From: the human T2T-CHM13v2.0 reference genome, Homo sapiens
Assembly (NCBI RefSeq): GCF_009914755.1
Contig: NC_060926.1
Direction: 5' to 3' (one strand)
DNA length: 64,000 nt
In this document: positions 36,801 to 49,893 of the stretch, in pieces
Numbering within the stretch: position 1 is the stretch's first letter
How the letters are laid out: each line of letters begins with the position of its first letter
Made by a program: the position numbers and the translations under genes
Notes under the pieces: generated by a model
Database searches by the model: none
Told to the model about the DNA's origin: nothing
The model's input: only the letters and a program-made list of their open reading frames with translations

Positions 36801-39024
36801 CCTTTTCTGGTGTTTTAAATGTGTAGTTGATTGAAGATTCTTCCGTTGGAAAGGAAGCAGAGAGATTTTTGACTTTGCTATCTGAAGACTGTTCGATATC
36901 AGAGTTCTTTGACAGTTCACATTTTTTAGGTTCCACTTTGCTTTCAGATCCACTCTGGGCTACTGAACTAGTTTCACTATTGTTACTTTTCAAAGGTGCA
37001 TTAAAACTAAATCCAAACAAAGACCCAGTGGCAGAACTGTTGCCAAATGCAAATGGTTTTGATTTTTCACTACTAAAAATTCTTTTAACAGACTCTGAAC
37101 CAAATACAAACTTTGGAGGAGAAACCACTGCTTTTGTTGTTGTTTCAGATGTGCTAGACACTTCAACTTCTGAAGCTGCATCTGCTACATCATCACCCTG
37201 AATAACATCTGTCCTCTCTCTTGTGATTTCTTCTAATACAGCTACAGCAATTTTGCCACATGGTGACTCTCTGGGAGTGCTTGACCGAGAAACATGAGGT
37301 GTTATCAAAGAATCTTTTTCCTGGGCTGTTTTTGCTTCATCAAAAATTTTCTTAAACGAGTCTGCAACATCCTGTAGTTTAAAACGAACAGCTAAATGCT
37401 CTACTTTTCTTTCTCCATCTGCAAAATCACATGCAGTCCACACCCATACTCTTTCTGTCCCTTTCATATTTTGCAAACTCATGTCTGGAGTTATTCTGTG
37501 ATTGGCACAAAGTTTTAATACTTGGTCCCTTCTCATCACTATACGAACTTGCTTATTATCATAATTCTGTAAAATCTTTATATCACCAATGCCCCTTTCT
37601 TTCCATTGACCAACATCTTTATCATATCTGTAGATTTCTGCCCTGTGACTAAAAACAACTTGTTCATTTTCCTCACCACTGGATACTTCAACTAGATCAG
37701 GTAAAGGAACAACAGGTTCAAAGTACTGTCCATCTCTCTCTTCTTCTTGAGTAACAACAGATTCTTCATCAGTGCCAACTGAAGTCCCACTCTGATTCAA
37801 CTTGGCAGGAGACTTAGATAGACTCAAAGCAGATTTAAAACTGAAGTTAGATCCTGTTGTTGACTCATCAAAGCGGAAAAGATTTTTTCTCACAGGGCTA
37901 CTTGCCAATGGAGAAGCATGTACTGAGCTACTACTGACACTATCATCCAAAGCATCTTCCCTTAAGTCATAGTTATCCCATTCTAATGTGGGCCCAGTGT
38001 TTTCAGCATTGGGTTTTATTGTTGTGTCTGAGGCACCGGCCACACCTGTACCTGAACCCTTATTTTCTTCCTCAGTGACTTTTGTTTGATCATTTGTCAA
38101 AAATGTTTTGAAATCTTTCAGTCCACTCTTCATTTCTTCAGCTCTCTGTATTAACTTGGCAGCTCTGCCAGTATCTACAAGTTTATGGGGAGTTTGAAGT
38201 GGTATGTCTAACAGAAGCCGCTGGCATTCCTCAAATTTCTGCTTGAATTCTTCAGCCAGCTCTGGTGTTTTAAATTTTGCTGCCAACCGCTCTAGTTTGG
38301 CATCACCATCAGAGAAATCACTGGCTGACCACATCCATGCTCTATCTGATCCAGAGAGGGGCTTCAGGTTCATTGTAGTCGTTATCCAATGATTAGCACA
38401 CACTTTTAGTACTTGTTCTCTTCGCATCAGCATTCTTAGTTTGCCATTGACCTCGTTTTTGAGAATTTTTAAGTTCCCCAAGCCCCTTTCTTTCCACTGC
38501 CTTACCTCAGCATCAAATCTAAATAGTTTTACCCCCTGTGAATACAGAACTTTTTCACCTTCTTCTCCTGTTACAAGTTCTACTTTTTCAGGCATTTGAA
38601 CTACTGGTTCAAAATGGATGTCATCGCTGTCCTCAGTCTTATAGGCATCATCATCTTTCTCAAAGTCACCGGAAGTGTTTGCTTTATTGGCCATTTTACC
38701 GTATCGTGATGAGAATAATTTTTCTCCAGCACCTGAAAATCCCTTGAAATTGAGGTCTTTTTTGCCAAACTGAAATCCTTCTCCTGAAGTTGATTTTGCA
38801 ACATCTGCAAATGTAAAAGTGCTACTTGTTTGGCCAAAAATCACACCACGGCCCTTCTTCCGGCCCCTAATATCCTGAGCCTGTAAGCCAGTATCATTTT
38901 CAAGAGGCTTTTCCCTTTTCTTTTCTTGATTTCCTGGTTCCGAAATGCCAAATTTAAATCCATCAGCAGACACAGGGATGGAAAATCCTTCTTTGGTTGA
39001 CTTAAATTCTGTATTAGAAGAACC
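36801..39024 (-). CDS. RGPD6: RGPD exon 20 (2224 nt): FG motifs, two RanBP1-type Ran-binding domains (~38218-38616, ~37330-37725) and the intervening motor-adaptor region
   Basis: Within the 768-aa ORF 36754-39060; WKERG motif twice; TTTCAG acceptor, GTAGGT donor, ends in phase 1. Confidence 0.95.
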
Positions 39025-39124
39025 CTGAAACATAAATGAAGGTGAATTTTCTTGATCCACATGCCCAAAATAGTCATGAAATAAATACCTTCTTCATTCC
39101 TAAACAATTTATCAAATGATGTTA

Positions 39125-39395
39125 ACAATAATGATGATGATGATGATGATAACATTTATTGAGCATTCATTAATGTGCCAGCTGGGCACTGTTCTAAGCA
39201 CTTTACATTATTATCTCATTTTAATATCCTCAAAAACCCTATGAATTAAGGTATTATTATTATCCTCATTTTACATATAAGGCAACTGATGCACTGAGAG
39301 GTTAAGAAACTTGCCTGTGGTCAAAATAAGCAGAAGAGCAAGGGTCTAAATGCACCCCAACACTCTGTCCTCAAAGCTGTCACATTCAACTACCA
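39125..39395 (-). mobile_element. MIR
   Basis: TATTATTATCCTCATTTTACATATAAGGCAACTGA...GAGAGGTTAAG MIR core. Confidence 0.85.
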
Positions 39396-39751
39396 CTGTA
39401 ATATTGAGTCTTCAATCAATTGTTATATATATAGCTGTATCAGGCCTGAAAGTACTTACCACATAGTGGGTCAGCAAGGGCATTACAGTTCTATTTCTGT
39501 TAAAACAGAACGATGAAGGATCCACCACCACCACTCCCATTTTTAAAATATTCTAAATATTCACACTTATTAACACAAAAATAAGGTGACTGAGAAGGAT
39601 AATTTCTGTATTTGGAGATAAATTTAAAATATCTACATTTTAAGGGACATAAAAGTTTTAATAGTGAACTGCTCTCTTGAATTTATTTGAAGGAACCCTA
39701 AACAATTTAAAAAGAAAATAATTATAAATGTATAAATTATTCCTTTGTTAC

Positions 39752-39846
39752 CTTTGTGGGAGTAACATTAGCTGCTGGTCTGAGAAGATACTGGGAATTA
39801 TATGCTGGTGACTGACTATAATATACTGAAGGGCCAGTAGTTGCAA
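39752..39846 (-). CDS. RGPD6: RGPD exon 19 (95 nt; VATTGPSVYY...NVTPTK)
   Basis: CAG/GTAACA. Confidence 0.95.
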
Positions 39847-40064
39847 CTGAAAAAAAAAAAAGAAAAGAAAGAAAACACTGTTAAAGTCTATACTACAGTT
39901 AAGACTATCTAGGCAAGAGCTATAAATACAAAAGCAATAGAAATTAAAGAAAGATTTAACTACATAAATTTTAAATTTCTGTACATCAAAATACACCAAT
40001 CAAGATTATCAAATGACAAACTAGAAAAAAATTGCTAAATATGACATGAAGAATGAGAGAATAG

Positions 40065-40838
40065 CATCGCTGTGATCAACAAGAACTACCTCGCAAGCAT
40101 TAAAAAAGGAATAAAGAAGATAGTAACTGTTGCCTTTTCTAAGAAAGATCAGTATGATGTGGAATTATGGACATTCAGTCACAGAAAGGACGTAAGGAAC
40201 CAAGATGCCATCTGATAGTCAATGCATTTGAAGTGGGCCTAGAAAATCTGCAGAAAGACTAGGTTGTATTTTGTAAACTAAAGCTATTACTGAGAATGTT
40301 CAGCTCAAAAATCACCTGACAAATTCATGGAAAGGATGTCATAAATAACATAAAATGTGTTCCCTGGCTTAAAATAAAAAGCACATCAACACTCATACAG
40401 ATGTACAAACTGTCTGCTCCCTCTGTTTGGTCTGTTTTGCCAGGAAACAAAATGACTAGAAGGCACCCATGTTAATGACAAAACTACCAATAGTCATTTG
40501 CTTGAACTGTTTTATGATAGTTTTACCAGAAAACAACCAAAAGACCTTTTATGCCTGTACATGGAAGAAGAAACAGAAACTGTGCCAAGAGGTTCCAAAC
40601 AATTGCCTCTGGAAAGCACTGAAAAATCAAGACCTAGAAAAGGCTAGCCAGAAGCCCAAGTTTGATTTCGGAAACCTTACAGAGGTGAGGATAGCTATTT
40701 TGAAATTACTATGGGGAGGAAGCAGGCACAGAACACAGAACAACCTGACAGAAATGGCCCAAGAATCTTAAAGTCTTGCAAGATGTCTGTCTGCATGAAA
40801 GCAAAAAGAAAAAATAAAATATTAAATAAAAAAAAATC
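40065..40838 (+). pseudogene. Ancient processed RPS3A pseudogene, copy 1 (near full length, degenerate A-tail)
   Basis: Collinear intron-less matches to recalled RPS3A mRNA: TTTTCTAAGAAAGATCAGTATGATGTG, AAGGAACCAAGATGCCATCTGATAGTC, ATTACTGAGAATGTTCAG, GAAGCCCAAGTTTGA, CCAAGAATCTTAAAG, then an A-rich tail. Confidence 0.8.
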
Positions 40839-41879
40839 TTAGTCTGAAGTTTAAGTAGGGACTTTAATTGACTACTGACTCTAAACTGTGCGGCTCTAAT
40901 AAATCTACTAAAAGTAATCTAATTTTTTAAAGCACCATATGAATAGACAATTTAGGAAAGAAATGTTAATAGGCCTCAAGGAACATGTTTTTGAAGTGAG
41001 CCTTGAAAATCTGCAAAATGACGAGGTTGCATTGTGCAAATTGAAGCTATTATGAGAATGTTCAGGTCAAAAAAATTACCTGACAAATTCACGCACAGGA
41101 TCTCACAAGGAACACAAATGTGTTCGTTGGCTTTAAAAAAATCACATTAACATTCATGTTGATATACAAAAACTCTTCTCCATCTGTTTTGTGTGAGTTT
41201 TACCAAGAAACCAAACAACTGGAAGGTACGTTGAAGATGGCAAAACTACCAACTGCCATTTGCATGAATTGTTGAGCATGACTAGTATTAAAAAAACTTA
41301 AAAATTGATATCACTTTTGTTCCTACAAATTGGCAAAGGATTTTATAAACTAGTAAGTCAGCATTAGCAAAAGTGCGAAAATGGCACTATCAGATACTAG
41401 CGGTAAGAGCATAAACTGAATATTTTGAATACCCTACAAAACTAGGACAGTGTCCTAGAATTTGTAATGGCATAAACCAGAAACAACATAAATAAAGGAA
41501 CAGAATTTACAGTACTTCCATGTGATGGGATACCATGAACTCATTAATATTCAAAAAACATTTAAGTTTAAAAATGCTCAGAACTAAAGTAACATTTTAA
41601 AAACAGGCTAGCTCATCTACACACAACATAGTAACATGGTAACAATCTCATAAAAAATACTATATGTATAGAGAAAGAACCAGAAGGAAATGCTCTCAAA
41701 TATAAGAAATGTTAATAAGGTGGTTAGCTTTTAGTTTTCTTCACCCTGTTCAGTACTTCTGAGTATCTCCTATGAGCTCATTAATCTTTAATTTTAATCA
41801 TCTTATTTTAAAAAAACAAGGACCATCTTGATATATGTTTACTTTTATTAAGGAAAAAGAATCTATGAACACAGGAACA

Positions 41880-42045
41880 GAAATCAGGAGATCTTGGCTC
41901 TCGCCCTTTCAGTGCCACAAAGCTGTTTTGTGAACCTGTAAATAATCCATTTGGAGTCTCCATGTTTCTCAATTGTAAAATGACGATGTGCTGCTTCTAC
42001 ACATTTCACAGGGTCATTGCAAGAATAAAATGAGACAATGAGAAT
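41880..42045 (+). mobile_element. MIR (hosts the alternative terminal exon)
   Basis: GTTTCTCAATTGTAAAATG...TCACAGGGTCATTGCAAGAATAAAATGAGACAATG MIR core. Confidence 0.75.
41884..41996 (-). CDS. RGPD6: Alternative terminal exon from an antisense MIR (EAAHRHFTIEKHGDSKWIIYRFTKQLCGTERARAKIS*)
   Basis: TGTGTAG acceptor in phase with exon 18, TGA at 41884-86, AATAAA at 41844-49; matches my recollection of a short RGPD5-type isoform C-terminus. Confidence 0.65.
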
Positions 42046-42524
42046 GTTGGATTTACATGCTTGTATAAGAACAGAAGACCTTTTATGCCTGTACACAGAA
42101 GAAATGGAAATCATGACCCACAAGGCACCAAATAACTGACTGCACACATCACTAAAAAAGCCCCAGGAAAGGCTAGCCGGTTTGTTTATCCTCTTACAAG
42201 GACCTATATGATGTGTAAGGTTTTAAGAAAACAAGGTTTGAACGTTAGACATTTCATATACTTATCTATGACTTACGACATTTAATAAGCTTGACTTCAC
42301 AAAGATTTTCTGTTATTTTGCTTGTGTTGAGAAGATACTATCACAAAAGGCTAGTGGGGTTGCCTTAACTATAGGAACCATCACACAAATGTGCTCATCT
42401 AAACTAGATTTTTTTCTAAATCTTTCCTGGGCTAAAAAGAGAAAAAAAAAAAGGGCACTACTACTACCATTTCAGAAGTCTGTCGTACGTAAAAGGAACA
42501 ATTTTGTTATTTCTGGCTGCCTGG

Positions 42525-42770
42525 GAGCAATGTATTATACTGGCAAGTGCTTTGGAGTTACACCACTGGAGTGTGAATCTCGGCTCTATCAATAACTAGC
42601 TGTATAATAATGAGTAAGTTACCTAACCTTTCTTTATCCATTTCCTTATTTATAAAAAAGGGATTAATAATGGTGCCGGCCATTCTAAGTTACTGTAATT
42701 AAATCAAATTACATTCACACAGCACTTTTGCACACAGCCAACCCACAGTAAACACTATTAGTAACCTTAG
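42525..42770 (+). mobile_element. MIR
   Basis: GAATCTCGGCTCT...AAGTTACCTAACCTTTCT MIR pattern. Confidence 0.75.
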
Positions 42771-43394
42771 TTCATTAACTGTTTACTGTATACTCTAATA
42801 AATGTCTGATACACACCCACGCCCACCTGCACATACACAAATGCTCATAGTAATTATGTAAGGCAAGTATTATCTCCACATTTCAGACAGGTTAACTTAC
42901 ACAGCTATTATAGTAAGTGATAGAGCAGAACTTAAAAACCCAGTATGATTCAGGTCCAAACTCCTTTTCTTTCTTTATATAACCATAATATTTCAAATTA
43001 AGTAAGATTTCCTATATAACGTCCTGCCTCTCATCATTATCATCAAAATAATTCCCCAGAGGTGTAGGTTCTTAATTAAGCATTTCTTAGTGCATAACTC
43101 TATTCAATAACATTTTGCAATTTAAGGAATAATCTCATCTCAGCTCATCTGAGGTGTGGATTAAGTGTTCTTTAAGCCTTTATATACACGTGATCACATA
43201 CGGCTCGTTTTTTCTGCTTGGGATTATAAAAATCTCCGTAACACCTAATACAGCTTTTGAAGTCACATATAAACAGACGTTGACATGTATATTAACAAAC
43301 ATATATAAACAAGGTGATTTCACACGTTATCTACTTAAAAGAGGGAAGTAAAGTAGTTTTACTAAAATATGCGATTATCCACTTGCCAGCTCAC

Positions 43395-43530
43395 CTGTTA
43401 GTGGAGCCCCATGAAATGTCTGTGACCCCTGATATCCATCAGGCACCGAGTCTGGTCCATAATTCTCTGTGGGCCAACGATGACGGGATGCTGACTTACT
43501 GCTATTTAGTTTCAACTCCTGCATTTCTTT
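43395..43530 (-). CDS. RGPD6: RGPD exon 18 (136 nt; KEMQELKLNS...FHGAPLT)
   Basis: TAG/GTGAGC, ends in phase 1. Confidence 0.95.
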
Positions 43531-43622
43531 CTATTGGAAGAAAAAAAAAATCAAATAATTTTAATCATTTAATTATATCATGCCAGAAACAGTGCTGGGG
43601 AAACTTACTCTTTTAAATTTAA

Positions 43623-43907
<285 letters not shown>

Positions 43908-45844
43908 TAGGTGTGACCCACCACGCCCGGACCTGATTATATCTTTTGAAAGTTTCTATTTGCCAAAGAGTTCTAGGTACCTGGTGCTGATTTTAAAATA
44001 TGATTCTTAATTTGTTAAAAATTTATCTGCTCCCATTTTCATTCGTTAATACAAAACCTAATTCATTAACTCTCTCACCTAAACAAATAACCTCCTAAAT
44101 GATCACACCTTCATTTCCATTCTACACTTGCCTACATTAACCTTTCTGACGTTCACCTCCAGCCAAGACAATTCCCTGCTCAAAAAAACAAGTACCTACA
44201 AACTAAACTTCTTTCCCCAACTTTCACAGTCCTCTAACATTACACTGACCATCCTTTCAGTGTGTTCTTTCTACACTGCAACCTGGACTACCTGACATTC
44301 CAAATCACCTCCCCAAATTAGCTTTTCACTTAACCCTGTGTTCAAACAAAATACAACTAATTCTCAAGGTGATGTTCAAATGCTCCACCAGGAAAGGGAA
44401 AAAAGTAGTAGCTGCAGAGAATTTATTATGTATATAATAATACGTCCAATGCACTTAAACTCTTAATTTTTACACCATCTACACTGTTAGGTAAACAATA
44501 TTAGCTCCTATCTTAAAATGAGAGAAACGGATGCAGGGAATAACAGCTGGAATTTGAAACACATCTGACTCCAAAAATGTTTTCTTAACACAACTCTGCT
44601 GCCTTGACAAGATGGCAGATAGATCCAATGCCGTCTAGTGTAGCTATGTGGCTACCTGATCTCTGCTGAAGAAAACTAAATGACAGCACCATACCCAACA
44701 CCCTAGAACCTACAAAATGTCCCCTTACAAAACAGACACTTAACAGGAAATTCTTTTTCCAAAGAAATTGTAGTGGTATCAGAAAACAGGTAAATTTTGA
44801 AAAGTTTCAAACTTCTCTGTATCAGCCCAGGAATCCGATCAGTTCTAACAAGTGAGGTCAGGGACAGATCTAGCATGTCTGCTTTCTGTTTCTACAAGTG
44901 TTTCAATTAAAAATTTCCCAGAAAGACCTAACCATGAGGTCCAAAACTATCTCAATTTTCAAGCTAAATAAAATTTCCCCCATTCATCCATCTACAGTGC
45001 CTAGTCCAGATGCTACACATACACATCCAAGAAATAAGAAACTAGTGGAATCACCTAGAAAACTTTATAGTCACTGTTGGTATCCGCACCAGAGCTTTGA
45101 ATTTGCAATCACTGCTGTAACTGTAATTTTTAACATTCAGTGTGATGAGAACTGGCTTCAATAATTCTCTCATTTTAAAGATAAGAAGCCAAACAGTCAC
45201 AAAGGAAGTGACTGGCCCAAGATCATTAATTAATGGCAGAGTCAGTACTAGTACCAAGCTTTTCAAGCTCATGGACTAGTGCTCCACTATACTTCCACAG
45301 AATACAATGTTGGGAGCCTGAAACCTGTATGTTAAGTCAAAATTGTATGTAATTGTCATAGGCCACGACTACACAGAATTAACATTCAAAATTTTTGTGC
45401 AAATTCAAAAATGTCTTCCCCACCAAATAGTATTCTCTTAATTTGCAAATGCTGCTGATCACACTGTAATAATCGCCACACATCAGCATATCCTTGATGT
45501 AACTTTAGCAGTATGAGTAATTTAGTTCTTGCTTGATAAACATGAAAGAACCTACTTTTATTTCCAATTCCAAAAAAGTCAAGCTCCTTTGAACCCTATT
45601 GTTAAAATAAGATATATATACATAACTATTTCCTTACATAATTAAGTCAAATTCATATGGAAGTATTAAAATATAGTAAGACTTTTTGAAGCTCAGACCA
45701 CTTTTCGATTCCTAGCTATACATTTGAAACACATGTAATCCACAGCTAATCTGGGAATGAACTCATAGACCAGAGTATGATTAGTACATTGTAGCACTTC
45801 AATCACTCGGGAACCTTCTCTGTGTCAGGAACTCTTATATTTTA

Positions 45845-46279
<435 letters not shown>

Positions 46280-46698
46280 TCACACCTGCAATCCCAGCAC
46301 TTTGGGAGGCTGAAGCAGGAGGATTGTTTGAGCCAGGAGTTCAAGGCCACCCTGGGCAACATGGCAAAATCCCATCTCTACAAAAAATACAACAATTAGC
46401 TGGGCCTGGTGGCATGTGACTGTCTGTAGTCCTGGCTTCGTGGCAGGCTGAGCCAAGAGGCTCTCTTGAGCTAGGAGGTTGAAGCCGCAGTAAGCTGTGA
46501 TCATACCACTGTACTCCAGCCTGCACAACAGAACAAGACCCTTGTCTTAAAAAAAAAAAAAAAAGACCAAAATGTCCCCTTGCCATACTATTTGGATGGC
46601 AAGGGGACATTCTGACCAGCTTCAGAAAAAAAGTGAGAGAGTAGCCAGGGAAGGAATCTTGGAATAAAAAGTACAGCTAGAGAAATTAAGTGACTTAC

Positions 46699-46782
46699 CT
46701 TAATGGCCTCTACTTGTTGGCAAATCATATTCAGTAAAGAATTCCGATCTTCTGTCCATCGAGGTGGTGTTCCGGGAGAATA
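46699..46782 (-). CDS. RGPD6: RGPD exon 17 (84 nt; YSPGTPPRW...VEAIK)
   Basis: CAG/GTAAGT. Confidence 0.95.
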
Positions 46783-46875
46783 CTGAAAAAAAAAATAAAA
46801 ATAACAAAACAGCATTTAAAACACTTAGAACAGAAACAATTTCACAATGAAATGATTCCATTCTTTCCTGTTTAC

Positions 46876-47055
46876 CTTGTAACTTTTACTTGGTGATAGT
46901 GAATATTTGGTAGGAGACGGTGTAGAATGTTTTATTTCTGAATCTGCATTTCGCAAAGAACCATTTTTATAGAGAGGACCTCCTTCACTATAGTCTTCGA
47001 GTTCCTGCATGACTGAATTAAGCATCTGTTTTACAGACTCCAGGGGCACAGGCAA
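46876..47055 (-). CDS. RGPD6: RGPD exon 16 (180 nt; LPVPLESVKQ...SPSKSYK)
   Basis: TAG/GTAAAC; overlaps ORF 46825-47055. Confidence 0.95.
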
Positions 47056-47999
47056 CTAAAAATAAAAGACATTAATTAAGGGCTTTCATTTGCAAAAAAT
47101 TCCAAAAGTAAAAACTCTAAAATGATATATTTTATCTTATTTACATTTTTGTCACTTTAATAAGCACTTTACACTTTAAATAATAATACACGTGAAAGTG
47201 TTTTTTAATTATCTTTTTTCTTTGTTTTTCTGTTGTTTTGTATTATTATTTTTATTTTTTTGTCTTTATTCTATTTTTTTCTTCAGGAACACAGAAAAGT
47301 GTTGTACAGTCTAACATCTTCTGATTCTAAAGTCCATGCTCTTTCTATTACTTCTGTTAACCATGATAATTGTAGAGGAATGTTAACTTGGAAAGCTTTT
47401 CCAAGTGAACAAAATAAGTTACTGATGTTTTCTAACTGATTTTCAATGGTGACAGAAATACAGATGCTACAATACACCAGACAACATAAATCCTAATAAA
47501 AGAGTAGTAACACAAATTAATCAACAAAACACTCAGAAGACTGAACATAATTTAACATCATCATGACAATCTCAAACAGCTGACAGCAAGAAAACAAGGG
47601 CGTTCATAATGGCTGATGACGATGAGAAGAAATGCTCTTAAGTTGTCAGCAACAACTTTCAATTTCAGCAAAGTTCATTAAGAATTAGTCCTGAGGTTAT
47701 AATATTTGTTTTGATTACACTGCTAAGATAACAAAATCAATGTCTTATCTTAGAAATCTTTTCTAATTCCCCAAGAAGTACTTTTTAAGAGCATATACCT
47801 AGATTCCCAAGTTTAAAAAGACACACCAAACCTAAGACAAAGCAAGCAAATCTAAGCATTTAGACACACGCATCCCTTCTGTGCATTAATAACAACATAT
47901 TACTGAGTATTTTTGAAATTACCAAAATATAAGACCAACGCAAAAACACTGACCAGTGGGTTATCAGTAAGAACGTACATACAACAACCTGCTACTTAC

Positions 48000-48146
48000 T
48001 TTCTTGACCACTGAAAGATTTGAATCACCGTCATCTATAATCTTTATTAGGTAGTCCCTGGTCTTTGTCAGATAATTTCTGCATTCTTCTTGTTCTTCAG
48101 GAGAAAGGGCATCATTTTCAATGTCTTCTGCCTTCCTGTGAAAAAT
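48000..48146 (-). CDS. RGPD6: RGPD exon 15 (147 nt; IFHRKAEDIE...LSVVKK)
   Basis: TAG/GTAAGT, open frame. Confidence 0.95.
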
Positions 48147-48224
48147 CTATACAAATAGTGCTTTCATGAAATCATTAGCTTTTTAAAACAAAAAACTTTC
48201 AGCTTGGCCACGCATGGTGGCTCA

Positions 48225-48404
<180 letters not shown>

Positions 48405-48408
48405 TTAC

Positions 48409-48546
48409 CAGTGCAAGATTCCAATAAGAAACAACACTTTTTATAGATTCAAAAGCAGTCACAGCATCTTCTATATTTCCATTTACTGCATCCAATATAG
48501 CAAAAGTTATGTGTGCGTCTTCTTCATATTCAACAATTTCTGATGC
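48409..48546 (-). CDS. RGPD6: RGPD exon 14 (138 nt; ASEIVEYEEDAHITFAI...YWNLAL)
   Basis: TAG/GTAAGT, open frame. Confidence 0.95.
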
Positions 48547-48812
48547 CTAAACACATAGAATAGTTTTTAGTCAAATTGTTTATACTCAGAATATAAAACC
48601 CAAATGATTTTCCAAAGATTTTATATGATCTTAAGAGACAAACATCTCATTACTCTTCTCTGTCATATCTTATCTGTGAGAGCTAGTGAATTTAGAAAAC
48701 AAGATTACCGTTAAATAACAAGGCAATTAATTTAAGCAGTTTATAGCTCCACGTCTTTGTTTATAAACTGGAAATTCCCATCTCCAATAAATTCATAAAG
48801 GAACTCTGTTAC

Positions 48813-48971
48813 CTGAATGTCTACACTATGAAAATGTTTAAACAGAGGATCAATAGGTTCAGGAATACTGTTCTTCTTTATTATCTTCAACAATGGCAAA
48901 ACTTTCTTCCAATAATGAACACTTCTCCCTATGTATTCTAGTTGACCATAAAAAGAATTAAGACCGCTGCC
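48813..48971 (-). CDS. RGPD6: RGPD exon 13 (159 nt; GSGLNSFYGQ...FHSVDIQ)
   Basis: TAG/GTAACA, open frame. Confidence 0.95.
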
Positions 48972-49893
48972 CTAAAAAAGAAAGTTAAAAGCACACAACT
49001 TTAAGGAACACGCATGATTAGATCTAAAGTTCATTTACAAGTTGTAAGAACTGGCTAAAATTTCAAGTCAAAACCAAATGGTACCTCAATAGTCATTTGT
49101 TCAACTTCCAAATACTGTAATAACTAAACCACCTTAATACCAGTGAACTCACTGCAACCTCTGCCGTGCAGGTTCAAGCAATTCTCCTGCCTCAGCTTCC
49201 CAAGTAGCTGGGATTACAGGCACCTGCCACCATGTCTGGCTAATTTTGTAGTTTTAGTAGAGTTTTTTTTTGTATTTTTAGCAGAGACGGGGTTTCACCG
49301 TGTTAGCCAGGAATGATCTCGACCTCCTGACCTTGTGATCTGCCCGCCTCGGCCTCCTAACGTGCTGGGATTACAGGTGTGAGCCACCGCACCCGGCCTC
49401 TACACTCAACTTTTAAATGCTTCTAATGATACCACTCTAACGTAGCAATCCAAACTACTTTTTAACAGTTGTCCTTTTTAGATAGCTGAAACCTGCCTCT
49501 TCTGTAGTGTCAGTTTGTTCAAAAGGCTGACCATCTACACCTAATGGTGACACAAAACACACCTTAAATATTTAGAAAGATCTATAATGGTCTTACCTAC
49601 AAAGCCTTGTGCTAATTTTTTTTTTAATTTTCAGGCTGAATAATTATCAGAACTTAATTATTAAGGAATAACAGTAACAGCTCAGCTAATATGTAACATT
49701 CACTGTGTGCCAGGCATTGCTCCTCTAAGTGCTTATATTTAACTACATTAACTATTTTGCAGCAATAAAAAACACATCTGTCATAATATGACCAAGCTGC
49801 TGTTTTCAGAACAAAAAAACTTTCAATAAAAAGTTCATGATTTTAAAAAATTAAGGTAATGTTCATTAAAAATGCTTATACTTTAAAACTCAC

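Larger units (their letters stand above)
40925..42250 (+). pseudogene. RPS3A pseudogene copy 2 (~40925-41285 and ~42070-42250), split by an L1M-like fragment and a MIR
   Basis: TTTGAAGTGAGCCTTG...CTGCAAAATGACGAGGTTGCATT; ATGGAAATCATGACCC; AAAGGCTAGCC...TTTATCCTCT. Confidence 0.75.

Noticed and set aside
36827-38747. Plus-strand and alternate-frame ORFs overlapping exon 20
   Set aside because: Shadow ORFs of a long coding exon, with no independent signals.
39025-39060. Start of the 768-aa ORF ([12 protein letters not shown]) as a real initiation site
   Set aside because: The 'M' is a GTG in intronised former exon sequence; the ORF is an internal exon that also reads past its donor (GRYFVV...).
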